Shown here in pieces: positions 20,051 to 30,541 of a stretch of DNA of 64,000 nt; within the stretch, counting starts at the first letter, position 1, and each line of letters begins with the position of its first letter. The notes under the pieces were generated by a model. The model searched no databases, was not told where the DNA came from, and saw nothing but the letters and a program-made list of their open reading frames with translations. This stretch comes from Hydrurus foetidus (taxonomy: Eukaryota): positions 3,844,001 to 3,908,000 of the forward strand of contig UYFQ01000001.1 in assembly GCA_900617105.1 (NCBI GenBank). Direction: 5' to 3'. The position numbers and the translations under genes are program-made.

Positions 20051-20664
20051 CCACAACCCCAATTTCCATGTTTTCTCCTCGCACTGCCGAGGTTTCGCGC
20101 AACACCGCCGAGACCAAAATCACCGTCAAGCTCAACCTGGATGGCACTGGCCAGTCCAAGCTGTCGACTGGCATCGGTTTTTTTGACCACATGCTCGACC
20201 AAATTGCGCGCCACGGCCTCATCGACCTCGACATTCATTGCGTGGGCGATCTGCACATTGACGGGCACCACACGGTTGAAGACGTGGGTATCACGCTTGG
20301 TCAAGCAGTTGCCAAAGCGGTGGGCGATAAAAAAGGCCTGCGCCGCTACGGCCACGCCTACGTGCCGCTTGATGAGGCCTTGAGCCGGGTGGTGGTTGAT
20401 TTTTCAGGCCGGCCGGGACTGGACATGCACGTACCGTTTAAAACCGAGCAAATCGGCACGTTCGACAGCCAACTGGCGTACGAGTTTTTTCAGGGCTTTG
20501 TGAACCACGCCTTCGTCACCCTTCACATCGACAACCTGCGCGGCGAAAACTCGCATCACCAGGCTGAGACGGTGTTTAAAGCCTTTGCCCGTGCCCTGCG
20601 CATGGCGCTGGAGATTGACCCGCGGGCAGCGAATGTCATCCCATCGACCAAAGGCTCGCTGTAA
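20047..20664 (+). CDS. hisB: Imidazoleglycerol-phosphate dehydratase
   Basis: [21 protein letters not shown] and PSTKG motifs. Confidence 0.97.
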   Translation: MTTTPISMFSPRTAEVSRNTAETKITVKLNLDGTGQSKLSTGIGFFDHMLDQIARHGLIDLDIHCVGDLHIDGHHTVEDVGITLGQAVAKAVGDKKGLRRYGHAYVPLDEALSRVVVDFSGRPGLDMHVPFKTEQIGTFDSQLAYEFFQGFVNHAFVTLHIDNLRGENSHHQAETVFKAFARALRMALEIDPRAANVIPSTKGSL

Positions 20665-20725
20665 TCAAATTTCTGCCGTAGAGTGCTTAAAAAAGGCTAA
20701 AAACACCTCTTTTTAGGCATATTTT

Positions 20726-20776
20726 AGGCCTGAAGCCCAATAGATACAGGCGCGAGCCGCTTCTGATTTAATAGCA
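20726..20776 (-). repeat. Family A repeat, intergenic hisB-hisH
   Basis: AGGCCTGAAGCCCAATAGATACAGGCGCGAGCCGCTTCTGATTTAATAGCA. Confidence 0.85.
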
Positions 20777-20787
20777 ATTAATCTGTA

Positions 20788-21465
20788 ATGACCTCACCAA
20801 AAACTGTTGCGGTAATTGACTACGGCATGGGCAACCTGCGCTCAGTGTCACAAGCTGTGCAGCATGTTGCTCAGGGCAGTGGTGTGGATGTGATCGTCAC
20901 GTCAAACCCTGCAGAAGTGATGGCGGCTGAGCGCATCGTGCTGCCGGGCCAGGGCGCGATTGCTGACTGCATGCACGAGCTGGCTGAATCGGGCCTGCTC
21001 GAATCAGTGTTGCACGCCGCAGCCAACAAGCCGCTGTTTGGCGTGTGTGTGGGCATGCAAATGCTGCTCACGCACAGCGCAGAAGGCCGGCCCGGCGATG
21101 GCGGCGTGGGCACGCAGGGGCTGGGTTTGATCCCCGGCGAAGTGTTGAAATTTGACCTGGCTGGGCAGCTTCAGCCAGATGGCAGCCGCTATAAAGTGCC
21201 GCAAATGGGTTGGAACCAGGTCAAGCAGTCAGCGCCTGCTCACCCTTTGTGGGCCGGCGTGCCTGATGAGTCCTACTTTTATTTTGTGCACAGCTTTTAC
21301 GCCCGTCCGTCTGATGCGCGCCACACTGCGGGCATGGCCAACTACGGCCAGCCCTTCTGCGCGGCGATTGCACGCGATAATATTTTTGCAACCCAGTTTC
21401 ACCCCGAAAAAAGCGCAACCCAAGGCCTGGCCTTGTACCGCAATTTTTTGAACTGGACCCCTTAA
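20788..21465 (+). CDS. hisH: Imidazole glycerol phosphate synthase, glutaminase subunit
   Basis: DYGMGNL, GVCVGMQ and QFHPEKS motifs. Confidence 0.96.
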   Translation: MTSPKTVAVIDYGMGNLRSVSQAVQHVAQGSGVDVIVTSNPAEVMAAERIVLPGQGAIADCMHELAESGLLESVLHAAANKPLFGVCVGMQMLLTHSAEGRPGDGGVGTQGLGLIPGEVLKFDLAGQLQPDGSRYKVPQMGWNQVKQSAPAHPLWAGVPDESYFYFVHSFYARPSDARHTAGMANYGQPFCAAIARDNIFATQFHPEKSATQGLALYRNFLNWTP

Positions 21466-21494
21466 ATCTCATTTGCTTTGTTTTTGATTGCCAC

Positions 21495-22235
21495 ATGCTA
21501 CTTATCCCTGCGATTGACCTGAAAGACGGTCACTGCGTACGCCTCAAGCAAGGCGACATGGATCAATCCACCGTCTTCAGCGAAGACCCCGCCGCCATGG
21601 CGCGCAACTGGGTCAACAAAGGGGCCAGACGTCTGCACTTGGTAGACCTTAACGGTGCATTTGCTGGCAAACCCAAAAACGACGCAGCGATTAAAAAAAT
21701 ACTCGCCGAAGTTGGCCTGGAAATTGACGTTCAACTAGGTGGCGGCATACGCGACCTCGACACGATTGAGCGCTATTTAGATGCAGGTTTGCGTTACGTC
21801 ATCATCGGCACGGCAGCTGTAAAAAACCCCGGTTTTTTGCAAGACGCCTGTACCGCATTCGGCGGTCACATCATTGTGGGCCTAGACGCCAAAGACAGCA
21901 AAGTTGCCACCGACGGCTGGAGCAAAATCACCGCGCACAACGTGATTGACCTGGCCAAAAAGTTCGAAGACTTTGGTGTTGAATCCGTTATCTACACAGA
22001 CATTGGCCGCGACGGCATGCTGAGCGGCATCAACATGGAAGCCACCGTTAAATTAGCTCAGGCTTTGACCATTCCCGTCATTGCCTCTGGCGGCTTGTCA
22101 AACATGGCCGATATTGAAGCGCTGTGTGCTGTAGAAGACCAAGGCGTTGAAGGCGTGATTTGTGGCCGCGCGATTTACAGCGGCGATCTGGATTTTGAAG
22201 CGGCGCAGGCACGGGCTGACGAATTAAACGGCTGA
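21495..22235 (+). CDS. hisA: ProFAR isomerase
   Basis: [19 protein letters not shown] and YTDIGRDG motifs. Confidence 0.97.
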   Translation: MLLIPAIDLKDGHCVRLKQGDMDQSTVFSEDPAAMARNWVNKGARRLHLVDLNGAFAGKPKNDAAIKKILAEVGLEIDVQLGGGIRDLDTIERYLDAGLRYVIIGTAAVKNPGFLQDACTAFGGHIIVGLDAKDSKVATDGWSKITAHNVIDLAKKFEDFGVESVIYTDIGRDGMLSGINMEATVKLAQALTIPVIASGGLSNMADIEALCAVEDQGVEGVICGRAIYSGDLDFEAAQARADELNG

Positions 22236-22240
22236 TACCC

Positions 22241-22438
22241 TTGAACGTTCGCAAGCACCTTTATGGAAAAGCTTCCCAGCTCCAAAAATGGGCTGGTGGT
22301 GTTTTGGGCGCTGCAATCTGGATTGCAGCCGGCGTAGTTGCTGGCCCAGGAAACTTTTGGGCTCTGCTAGGTTTTTCCGCATTTTTTATCATCGTCGTCG
22401 TGATTTTGGTGTTGTTCGGTTCTTCAGATGCTAGCTAA
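22241..22438 (+). CDS. Small hypothetical membrane protein
   Basis: 65 aa with two hydrophobic stretches; fills the hisA-hisF gap; TTG start. Confidence 0.45.
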   Translation: MNVRKHLYGKASQLQKWAGGVLGAAIWIAAGVVAGPGNFWALLGFSAFFIIVVVILVLFGSSDAS

Positions 22439-23207
22439 ACGAATCATTCCCTGCCTTGATGTCACTGGAGGCCGCGTTGTAAAGGGCGTTAATTTCACGC
22501 AGCTGCGCGACGCGGGTGATCCGGTCGAGATTGCCGCGCGCTACAACGACCAGGGCGCAGACGAGCTGACTTTCTTGGACATCACCGCCACCAGCGATGG
22601 GCGCGACCTGATTTTGCACATCATTGAAGCGGTGGCTAGCCAGGTGTTTATTCCGCTGACGGTGGGCGGCGGCGTGCGCACGGTTGAAGACGTGCGGCGA
22701 CTGCTCAATGCCGGGGCTGACAAAACCAGTTTTAACTCCGCTGCCATTGCCAACCCGCAGGTCATTGTTGACGCGTCCGCCAAATATGGCGCGCAGTGCA
22801 TTGTGGTGGCAATAGATGCGAAGCAGCGGTCTGAAGAAGAGGCACAAACACGCGGCGCGGGCTGGGATGTTTACAGCCACGGTGGCCGAAAAAACACCGG
22901 GTTGGATGCGGTTGCGTGGGCAGTTGAGATGGTGCGGCGCGGCGCAGGCGAAATTTTGCTGACCAGCATGGACCGCGACGGCACCAAATCCGGTTTTGAC
23001 CTGGCGCTAACTCGCGCAGTCAGCGATGCAGTTAGCGTTCCCGTCATTGCTTCCGGCGGAGTCGGCAACCTGGCACATTTGGCCGACGGCATTCAAACCG
23101 GCGGTGCAGATGCGGTGCTGGCGGCAAGCATCTTTCACTACGGCGAATATACGGTGCTGCAGGCCAAACAGCACATGGCTTCACGCGGCATACCGGTGCG
23201 GCTTTAA
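22428..23207 (+). CDS. hisF: Imidazole glycerol phosphate synthase, cyclase subunit
   Basis: [12 protein letters not shown] and [12 protein letters not shown] motifs. Confidence 0.97.
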   Translation: MLAKRIIPCLDVTGGRVVKGVNFTQLRDAGDPVEIAARYNDQGADELTFLDITATSDGRDLILHIIEAVASQVFIPLTVGGGVRTVEDVRRLLNAGADKTSFNSAAIANPQVIVDASAKYGAQCIVVAIDAKQRSEEEAQTRGAGWDVYSHGGRKNTGLDAVAWAVEMVRRGAGEILLTSMDRDGTKSGFDLALTRAVSDAVSVPVIASGGVGNLAHLADGIQTGGADAVLAASIFHYGEYTVLQAKQHMASRGIPVRL

Positions 23208-23210
23208 AAC

Positions 23211-23248
23211 AAAAAAGCCGAGCTCTGTTCCCAGAGCTCAGCTTTTTT
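23211..23248. terminator. Bidirectional intrinsic terminator
   Basis: AAAAAAGCCGAGCTCTG-TTCC-CAGAGCTCAGCTTTTTT between convergent genes. Confidence 0.85.
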
Positions 23249-23282
23249 CAAAGAAGCATTCGCCGCAACACGCGGTGGGCAG

Positions 23283-24260
23283 TTATGGCTTTGGCAGAAT
23301 CACTTTGTCCACCACATGAATCACGCCGTTGCTTGCAAACACGTCAGTCTTGGTGATATTAATGGAGCGGTTGCGCCCATCAGTAATGACAAACGCGGGG
23401 CTGATACTGAAGGTTCCACCTTCCACAGTAGTGATGGGCGTATTTGGCGTAATGTCCGCTTTAAGTACGCGACCGCTGACAACGTGGTACTTCAACACTT
23501 TCGTCAGTAGCGGTCTGGCAGCCGTCGTGAGCAAGTCCCCTACTGCAGTTACCCCAAGGTCTGCAAGCGACGCGGCAAAGGCGGCGTTGGTAGGCGCAAA
23601 CACAGTGAAAGGGCCGGTACCTTGAAGGGTCGCTACCAATTCAGCATTGCTCACTGCAGTCACAAGGGTGGTGAAGTCGCTGATGCTCTGCGCGGTGGCC
23701 ACAATGTCTTTATCGGCCGGCAAGATCACTTTGTCGAGGATGTGCACCACGCCGTTGCTGGCCGGCACGTCGGTCGCCAGAATTTTCGATGTGCGGTTGC
23801 GGCCGTCAGTGATGGTCAATACGCCGCCGGGTGCTTCGATTTTGAAAACACTTTTTTGTAGTGGCGTAATGGCTTTGCCGAGCGGGATGCCCGCTTTTTC
23901 GACTTTTGCACCCAGCACGTGGTAAGTCAGAACGGCAGTCAGCAACGCCTTGTTCGCTAACAACGCGTCCTTAGTGGTTTTCAGTTCACCTAAAAGCGCA
24001 ACGAACGCGTCATTATTGGGCGCGAAAACCGTGAATGGGCCAGCGCCAGACAGGGTGGTGACCAAATCAGCAGCAACAACTGCCTCAACCAAAATGCTAA
24101 GCGACGGCGTTGCTTTGGCTAGCTCGACAATGTTGGGCGCGGGTGCTTGCCCAGACGTCGGCGGCGGTGCATCGTCACCGCCGCCACAGCCTGCCAAGAT
24201 GCTGGTTGAGCCGACTGCTGCTGCCATACCGGCAAAAATAAGTGCTTTTCTGCGATCCAT
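23283..24260 (-). CDS. Two-domain fasciclin (FAS1) lipoprotein with Tat-like signal
   Basis: MDRRKAL...LAGC signal; two repeats of FTVFAP-N-AF ... YHV ... SNGV-H--DKVILP. Confidence 0.9.
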   Translation of the reverse strand: MDRRKALIFAGMAAAVGSTSILAGCGGGDDAPPPTSGQAPAPNIVELAKATPSLSILVEAVVAADLVTTLSGAGPFTVFAPNNDAFVALLGELKTTKDALLANKALLTAVLTYHVLGAKVEKAGIPLGKAITPLQKSVFKIEAPGGVLTITDGRNRTSKILATDVPASNGVVHILDKVILPADKDIVATAQSISDFTTLVTAVSNAELVATLQGTGPFTVFAPTNAAFAASLADLGVTAVGDLLTTAARPLLTKVLKYHVVSGRVLKADITPNTPITTVEGGTFSISPAFVITDGRNRSINITKTDVFASNGVIHVVDKVILPKP

Positions 24261-24336
24261 GTTGAGACTCCAATCAAGATTAAAGACGTTTAAGAAAGAA
24301 AGAACTAACTTCGGATCGACAAACACTTCAGGTAAT

Positions 24337-24374
24337 AATTACCGTTTGGTATTTATCGATACCGAACGGTAATT
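24337..24374. promoter_or_regulatory. 16-bp inverted repeat, putative operator upstream of the fasciclin gene
   Basis: AATTACCGTTTGGTAT-TTATCG-ATACCGAACGGTAATT (15 of 16 bases match). Confidence 0.6.
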
Positions 24375-24595
24375 TAATAGACTAATCAGTGCAATTAAAT
24401 TTTCAATTTGTTACTTTCGGGTGATAAGTCTTGTGAATCAAGCGTCATTGGTAGCGGCGATTAATGCCATTGTTTGATGCGACCGGAGGCGGTGTTTACG
24501 TGAGTAGAGGCCTCTGACGCCGATATCAGCGGTCAGCAGGGAGCCGGGCCAATGCGTGTGGTTTTGCTAGGGGCGAAATCCCCGACAATCACAAA

Positions 24596-24985
24596 ATGAA
24601 TTGGATAGAACAAATCAAGTGGGATGACAAAGGTCTCGTCCCCGTTATTGCGCAAGAGCAATCCAGCGGCGATGTGCTGATGTTTGCGTGGATGAACCGC
24701 GAGGCACTGCAAAAAACCGCCGAGCTGGGCCGGGCTGTGTATTTCAGTCGCTCCCGCAATAAACTGTGGTTCAAGGGTGAAGAGTCGGGTCACGTGCAAA
24801 TCGTGCACGAAATTCGCGCGGACTGTGACAGCGACGTGGTGCTGCTAAAGGTCACGCAATTGGGCCATGAGCCTGGGATAGCGTGTCATACCGGCCGGCA
24901 CAGCTGTTTTTTCAGTGTTTTTAAAGACGGCCAGTGGGTAATCACCGACCCGGTCTTGAAAGATCCGGCAAGCATCTATAAATAG
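24596..24985 (+). CDS. hisI: Phosphoribosyl-AMP cyclohydrolase
   Basis: [20 protein letters not shown] and CHTGRHSCF motifs. Confidence 0.96.
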   Translation: MNWIEQIKWDDKGLVPVIAQEQSSGDVLMFAWMNREALQKTAELGRAVYFSRSRNKLWFKGEESGHVQIVHEIRADCDSDVVLLKVTQLGHEPGIACHTGRHSCFFSVFKDGQWVITDPVLKDPASIYK

Positions 24986-24990
24986 GCGCT

Positions 24991-25431
24991 ATGAATTCAA
25001 ACGATTTAAGCAACGACAGTCTGGCCCGCCTGGCAAGCATCATTGAAAGTCGCAAAGTGGCTAATGGCGGCGACCCTGAAAGCAGCTACGTCGCGCGTCT
25101 GCTGCACAAAGGCCCCGATGCGTTTTTGAAAAAAATCGGCGAAGAAGCGACCGAAGTCGTCATGGCCGCCAAAGACCTGGACTGCGGCGGTTTGAGGCCT
25201 GAATTAAAAAGTGCGTTTGTTGGCGAAGTGGCTGACCTGTGGTTTCACTCCCTGATTGCGCTGGCGCATTACGGGCTGCAGCCGGCGGACGTGATCGCGG
25301 AGCTGGAACGCCGCGAGGGCACCAGTGGCATTGAAGAAAAAGCGCTGCGCAAAGCCGTAAAACGGGATGCAGAGCGCGACATGAAGCGCGACATTGAACG
25401 CGACTCGGACCGCGAAGCCGCAAAAAATTAA
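24991..25431 (+). CDS. hisE: Phosphoribosyl-ATP diphosphatase
   Basis: [15 protein letters not shown] and EVADLWFH motifs. Confidence 0.95.
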   Translation: MNSNDLSNDSLARLASIIESRKVANGGDPESSYVARLLHKGPDAFLKKIGEEATEVVMAAKDLDCGGLRPELKSAFVGEVADLWFHSLIALAHYGLQPADVIAELERREGTSGIEEKALRKAVKRDAERDMKRDIERDSDREAAKN

Positions 25432-25444
25432 CAAGGAAGAAGTC

Positions 25445-25819
25445 ATGAACAACGACGTCACCACGATCGAGCCCGACGAAGGTCTTAAAACCTGGGGCTG
25501 GCTCAGCTATTTTTTACATCTGGTCGTGGCGGTTGCTGCGATTGTTCCGGGGGCGCAAGCATCCATCACGCTGCTTGTTATTGCGCTCATCATTGACCTC
25601 GTTAAACGCGGCGATGCTGAAAACACCTGGCAGGCGTCGCACTTTAGGTGGCGCATTCGCACGGTGCTGTGGGCTGGCGTTTTGTACTTAGTTACCGCGC
25701 CGCTGTTTTTGTTGCTGTTTCTCCCCGGGCTTATTGCCTGGGCACTGGTTTCTATCTGGTTTTTGTACCGCATTGTGCTGGGCATGGTGCGCATGAATGC
25801 AAACAGGGCGGTTGAGTAA
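25445..25819 (+). CDS. Conserved membrane protein (DUF4870-like)
   Basis: SHFRWRIRT and WFLYRIV segments; usual neighbour of hisE. Confidence 0.75.
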   Translation: MNNDVTTIEPDEGLKTWGWLSYFLHLVVAVAAIVPGAQASITLLVIALIIDLVKRGDAENTWQASHFRWRIRTVLWAGVLYLVTAPLFLLLFLPGLIAWALVSIWFLYRIVLGMVRMNANRAVE

Positions 25820-25821
25820 GC

Positions 25822-26181
25822 ATGACCGCACCTGAGAACTGCCTTTTTTGCAAAATCATCGCCGGCAAAATTCCCAGCCGCGTCGTTTACGAAGACGATG
25901 AAATTTTCGCTTTTCATGACATCAACCCCTGGGCGCCGGTGCACTTTTTGATGGTGCCCAAGCTGCACATGGCATCAATGGCGCAGGCCAGCGCCGAGCA
26001 TGCTGCGCTGCTTGGCCGCCTCATGGTGTTGGCCCCTAAGCTGGCGCTGGAGCAAGGTTGCCGGCCGTATCCGGAAGGCGGCTTTCGGATGGTTACAAAT
26101 ACGGGTGCTGAGGGCGGACAAGAGGTGCATCATTTGCATTTCCATGTCATGGGCGGACCCAGGCCCTGGTTGCGTGGGTAA
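25822..26181 (+). CDS. hinT: Histidine triad nucleotide-binding protein
   Basis: CLFCKI and HLHFH motifs. Confidence 0.92.
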   Translation: MTAPENCLFCKIIAGKIPSRVVYEDDEIFAFHDINPWAPVHFLMVPKLHMASMAQASAEHAALLGRLMVLAPKLALEQGCRPYPEGGFRMVTNTGAEGGQEVHHLHFHVMGGPRPWLRG

Positions 26182-26285
26182 GCTTGAACAAATGGCCGTC
26201 ACCACGCGACACACAAGCCCTTTAGAATCAAGTCATCATCGGTAAAACTGTAAAGCGCTTAACAGCAACGTATTAGGAGTACATC

Positions 26286-26522
26286 ATGGGTTCATTTTCT
26301 ATTTGGCACTGGGCAATTGTTCTGTTGATCGTCGTCATGGTGTTTGGCACCAAGAAGTTGCGCAATATGGGCGGCGATCTAGGCGGCGCTGTCAAGGGTT
26401 TTAAAGACGGAATGAAAGACGGTGGCACTGCCGCTGCAGACGACAAGGCTGCTACTCAAGTGGCCAATGGCCAAGCAGTTGACAAAACAACGATTGACGT
26501 TGAAGCCAAACAAAAGTTGTGA
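26286..26522 (+). CDS. tatA: Tat translocase TatA
   Basis: FSIWHW...[14 protein letters not shown]. Confidence 0.95.
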   Translation: MGSFSIWHWAIVLLIVVMVFGTKKLRNMGGDLGGAVKGFKDGMKDGGTAAADDKAATQVANGQAVDKTTIDVEAKQKL

Positions 26523-26577
26523 GCGGGACAATTGAAGCTGGAAGGTTCAAGCTCAAAGCTCGAAGAGGTAGCGGCTT

Positions 26578-27045
26578 GTGATTGACCTTGGCGTCTCAAA
26601 AATTGCGTTGATTGGTGCTGTGGCGCTGATCGTGATTGGCCCCGAAAAACTGCCACGCCTGGCGCGCACGATTGGCACATTGCTGGGCAAGGCGCAGCGC
26701 TATGTTGCCGACGTCAAGCAAGAAGTCAGTCGCTCGATGGAGCTTGACGAGCTCAAGAAAATGAAAGACACCGTAGAAGGCGCTGCCCGCGACGTCGAAA
26801 ATTCTATTCAAACCAACGCCAGAGATTTCGAAAAGTCGTGGTCGGATGCCACTGGTGAAGCCGCCTCTGCCTCGGTTTACCCAGAAATCCCGCCTGAGTA
26901 CAAGCACCCCAAAAAGAAATGGCGCCTGAAAACCGGTGCTACGCCGCAGTGGTACAAAGCTCGCTCCGGCACGCGTACCCGCACGCAGTCGGGCGCAGCG
27001 CGGGTGGCGCGTTTCCGGCCAGTCAGCACCAGCAAAACTCAATAG
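26578..27045 (+). CDS. tatB: Tat translocase TatB
   Basis: [12 protein letters not shown]. Confidence 0.93.
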   Translation: MIDLGVSKIALIGAVALIVIGPEKLPRLARTIGTLLGKAQRYVADVKQEVSRSMELDELKKMKDTVEGAARDVENSIQTNARDFEKSWSDATGEAASASVYPEIPPEYKHPKKKWRLKTGATPQWYKARSGTRTRTQSGAARVARFRPVSTSKTQ

Positions 27046-27096
27046 CCTGCGGCGCATGGTTTAACTGCTAATTTTCAGCGCATTTTTGTAAATTCC

Positions 27097-27924
27097 ATGT
27101 CTGATCCCACTTCCGAAAAGCCAGCTGATCCAGCTAACCCCGACAAGCCAGACGAGTTGGCGGGCACAGAGCAGCCTTTTGTTCACCACCTGATGGAGCT
27201 GCGCAACCGCATGATTTGGGCGGTAGTAGCCATTGGTATTGCCGCTGCGGGTCTGGCCATATTCCCGGGACCTGGCGCCTTGTATGACCTGATGGCTGCA
27301 CCGCTGGTGGCCACGCTGCCCAAGGGCGCCACCTTGATTGCGACCAACGTGATTTCGCCTTTTGTGGTGCCAATCAAAATTTTGTTTATGGCGGCATTCA
27401 TGATTGCCCTGCCCGTGGTGCTGTACCAGGTGTGGGCGTTTGTGGCGCCGGGCTTGTATTCACATGAAAAAAAGCTGGTGATGCCGCTGGTTATTTCCAG
27501 CACGTTGCTGTTTTTTTGCGGTGTGGCATTTTGTTATTTTGTGGTGTTTGGTCAGGTTTTCACTTTCATTCAAAGCTTTGCGCCCAAATCCATCACCGCT
27601 GCGCCAGACATTGAAGAGTATTTGAACTTTGTGCTGGGCATGTTTTTAGCTTTCGGCCTGGCATTTGAAGTGCCGATTGCCGTGATTTTGTTGGTGCGCA
27701 TGGGCGTGCTGACGGTCGCCCAATTGCGCGAGTATCGCGGTTACTTTTGGGTCATTGCTGCGGTGGGCACAGCGTTGGTCACACCGCCTGATGCGGGCTC
27801 GATGCTGATGCTGCTTGGCGTGGTGGGCGGGCTGTACGAAGTCGGCATTCTTGCTGCGCAGCTTTTCGTAAAAAGCACCAAGGCACCAGATTCAACGGCG
27901 GATACTGAAGCAGCCAAACCTTAG
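27097..27924 (+). CDS. tatC: Tat translocase TatC
   Basis: HLMELRNR, WAFVAPGLY, FEVP and TPPD motifs. Confidence 0.96.
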   Translation: MSDPTSEKPADPANPDKPDELAGTEQPFVHHLMELRNRMIWAVVAIGIAAAGLAIFPGPGALYDLMAAPLVATLPKGATLIATNVISPFVVPIKILFMAAFMIALPVVLYQVWAFVAPGLYSHEKKLVMPLVISSTLLFFCGVAFCYFVVFGQVFTFIQSFAPKSITAAPDIEEYLNFVLGMFLAFGLAFEVPIAVILLVRMGVLTVAQLREYRGYFWVIAAVGTALVTPPDAGSMLMLLGVVGGLYEVGILAAQLFVKSTKAPDSTADTEAAKP

Positions 27925-27974
27925 CAAAATCGGTTTGTAGAGCCTTTTTTTGCTTCAAAATCAGCATGTTTTAG

Positions 27975-28023
27975 TGCTGTAGCCCAACAAATACGGGCGC
28001 GAGCAGCTCCCATTATTATAGCA
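27975..28023 (-). repeat. Family A repeat after tatC
   Basis: TGCTGTAGCCCAACAAATACGGGCGCGAGCAGCTCCCATTATTATAGCA. Confidence 0.88.
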
Positions 28024-28040
28024 AATAAATGCTTTGGATC

Positions 28041-28068
28041 TGCTTAATATCTGCTGCTTAATATCTGC
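28041..28068. repeat. 14-bp perfect tandem duplication
   Basis: TGCTTAATATCTGC x2. Confidence 0.85.
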
Positions 28069-28070
28069 TG

Positions 28071-29189
28071 CTAAATCATCTGCGTGGTTTTGCTGGCGCC
28101 CATTTCCCTGCGGTACCACTCGTGAAAGTGCTGCATGCCGTCTTCCATCGGGCTTTGGTAAGGCCCAAATTCATTGTCTCCGCGCAGCATCAAGGCCTTT
28201 CGCCCGGCGTCCATGCGCAGGGCAATTTCGTCGTCTTCCACGCAGGTTTCCATGTACGCCGCTTGCTGCGCTTCGATAAATTCGCGCTCAAAAGCGCAGA
28301 TTTCTTCAGGGTAGAAAAACTCCACCACGTTCAGCGTTTTATCTGGCCCCCGCGGGTGAAGCGAGCTGACAACCAGCACGTGCGGGTACCACTCCACCAT
28401 GACGTGCGGGTAATACGTCAGCCAAATAGCGCCGTACTTGGGCGGCACGCCTTTGCGGTATTGCAGCACCACGTCGTGCCACTTTTTATAGGTGTCGGTG
28501 CCCGGTTTGCCCAGCTTGTCAGACACGCCAACGGTTTGTACCGAATACTGGGGCTTGAGCTCCCACTGCAAGTCGTGCGTGGTGACGAACGCGCCCAGCC
28601 CGGGGTGAAACGGGCCGACGTGATAGTCCTCCAGGTAGACCTCAATAAACGTTTTCCAGTTGTAGTTGCACTCGTGCAGGTGAACCTTATCGAGCTGATA
28701 GCCCGCAAAATCAAGGTCTGGCATGACGCCGAGCGATGCCATTTCGCCTGCAATGTCTCGCCCGGTGTCTTCAAAAACCAATCCATTCCAGGTGGTGGTG
28801 GGGTAGCGATTGAGGTTCAGGCAGGGGTCAATTTCAAAGTGGGGCGCCCCAATCAACTCACCCGATGTGTTGTATGTCCAGCGGTGTAGCGGGCAAACAA
28901 TGTTGCTGCCAGTGTTGCCGCGGCCTTGCAGCATGGTCGATTGCCGGTGGCGGCACACGTTTGAAATCAGCTCAATGCCGGCTGCATTTCGCACCAGCGC
29001 CCGGCCCTCGCCTTCGTGCGGTAGGGCGTAAAAATCGCCCAGGTTGGGCACCGCCAGCTCATGCCCCAAATAGCGCGGCCCCCTGGCAAAAAGCTTTTGC
29101 TGCTCTCGCTCGAACAGTGCGGCATCAAAATAACTGGAGATCGGCAGCTGGCTGGTGGCTTGCAGCAGGCGAAGGCTTAAATCAGACAT
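28071..29189 (-). CDS. Rieske non-heme iron oxygenase alpha subunit, probably putrescine 2-hydroxylase
   Basis: CRH...CPLH Rieske motif, NWK and EDYHVGPFH; divergent from xseB-ispA-dxs. Confidence 0.8.
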   Translation of the reverse strand: MSDLSLRLLQATSQLPISSYFDAALFEREQQKLFARGPRYLGHELAVPNLGDFYALPHEGEGRALVRNAAGIELISNVCRHRQSTMLQGRGNTGSNIVCPLHRWTYNTSGELIGAPHFEIDPCLNLNRYPTTTWNGLVFEDTGRDIAGEMASLGVMPDLDFAGYQLDKVHLHECNYNWKTFIEVYLEDYHVGPFHPGLGAFVTTHDLQWELKPQYSVQTVGVSDKLGKPGTDTYKKWHDVVLQYRKGVPPKYGAIWLTYYPHVMVEWYPHVLVVSSLHPRGPDKTLNVVEFFYPEEICAFEREFIEAQQAAYMETCVEDDEIALRMDAGRKALMLRGDNEFGPYQSPMEDGMQHFHEWYRREMGASKTTQMI

Positions 29190-29309
29190 GCAGTGGTGGC
29201 GGGCGCTTGCCTCATAAGGAAGGAACGCACAAGTTTACTCGTGCAAGGTGCACCGCCGCCTGAAATCACCTCCGTAACGCCCTAAAATCAGGCACAAACC
29301 AAAAACGTC

Positions 29310-29567
29310 ATGGCTAAATCTACATCTGCTACCGCTGCTGCTTCCGCTTCATCATCTGCGCCTGCTCTTCCCGCTACCTATGAGGCCGCTCTACAGGAGC
29401 TTGAAGGCTTGATTTCTGGCCTTGAGTCAGGTCAGTTACCGCTCGACCAACTGTTGACCGCCTACCAGCGCGGCGCGCAGTTAATGGCTTTTTGCAAGAG
29501 CAAACTTGAAGCGGTGGAGTCACAAATCAAAGTGCTTGAGGGCAATGAGCTCAAGCCTTGGGCGTAA
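29310..29567 (+). CDS. xseB: Exodeoxyribonuclease VII small subunit
   Basis: YEAALQELE...LESGQLPL...YQRG. Confidence 0.93.
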   Translation: MAKSTSATAAASASSSAPALPATYEAALQELEGLISGLESGQLPLDQLLTAYQRGAQLMAFCKSKLEAVESQIKVLEGNELKPWA

Positions 29568-29583
29568 GGCATTTTTCGTGAGC

Positions 29584-30516
29584 ATGTTTTTGAACGCACA
29601 TCCGTCCGTGGCTTTTAATTTCGAGCGTTGGATGACTCAGCAGCGCCAAGCCGTTGAGTCAGCATTAGCGCAGTGGGTGGCTCACCCGACTCAATCGCCG
29701 GCACCAGCGGGGCTGGGTGAGGCGATGCGATACGCTGTGCTAGGCGGTGGCAAGCGCCTGCGCCCGTTGCTAACTTTGGCAGCCTGTGAAGCAGTTAATG
29801 GCAACGCGGCAGCAGCCATGCGCGCAGCGTGCGCCCTTGAGCTGATTCACGCGTATTCGCTGGTACACGACGACATGCCGTGCATGGACAATGACTCGTT
29901 GCGGCGCGGCAAGCCGACCGTTCATATTCAGTTTGGCCAAGCCCAAGCTTTGCTTGCAGGCGACGCACTGCAGGCACTTGCTTTTGAATTGCTGACCCCA
30001 GACGATGACGCCATCAGCAGCGCGCTGCAAGCACGCCTATGTGCAATGCTCGCGCGGGCGGCTGGCTACCAAGGCATGGCGGGTGGGCAGGCCATTGATT
30101 TGGCCAGTGTTGGCCTGCCGCTTAACGCAGATCAGCTGCACGAAATGCACCGACTTAAAACAGGCGCGCTGCTGCAGGCCAGTGTGCTGATGGGCGCGAG
30201 CTGCGGGGAGCCGTCAGCGTCGGTTACAGCTGCGCTTGGCGACTATGGCGCGGCAATCGGGTTGGCCTTTCAGGTCATGGATGACGTGCTCGATGTCACC
30301 TCGGACTCCGCTACGCTGGGGAAAACGGCAGGTAAAGATGCAGCGCAAGACAAACCCACGTTCGTGTCGCTGATGGGCCTTAGCGGCTCCAGGGCTTACG
30401 CACAGCAGCTACTAGCCCGCGCGCTGGGAAACCTCGACGCCCTTGAATCTCAGTCCCCACAGGCGGCACACGCTTTACGAGCGCTGGCTGATATGCTGGT
30501 CAACAGACAGCACTAA
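29584..30516 (+). CDS. ispA: Farnesyl diphosphate synthase
   Basis: [18 protein letters not shown] and FQVMDDVLD motifs. Confidence 0.93.
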   Translation: MFLNAHPSVAFNFERWMTQQRQAVESALAQWVAHPTQSPAPAGLGEAMRYAVLGGGKRLRPLLTLAACEAVNGNAAAAMRAACALELIHAYSLVHDDMPCMDNDSLRRGKPTVHIQFGQAQALLAGDALQALAFELLTPDDDAISSALQARLCAMLARAAGYQGMAGGQAIDLASVGLPLNADQLHEMHRLKTGALLQASVLMGASCGEPSASVTAALGDYGAAIGLAFQVMDDVLDVTSDSATLGKTAGKDAAQDKPTFVSLMGLSGSRAYAQQLLARALGNLDALESQSPQAAHALRALADMLVNRQH

Positions 30517-30541
30517 GCATTTGATTGAAGACAAAACCAAG

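Noticed and set aside
28122..28889. Long antisense ORFs (also 2189-2836, 34699-35391, 40740-41456, 44339-45109, 58155-58883, 60139-60789)
   Set aside because: They are shadows of well-supported genes on the opposite strand and carry no recognisable motifs.
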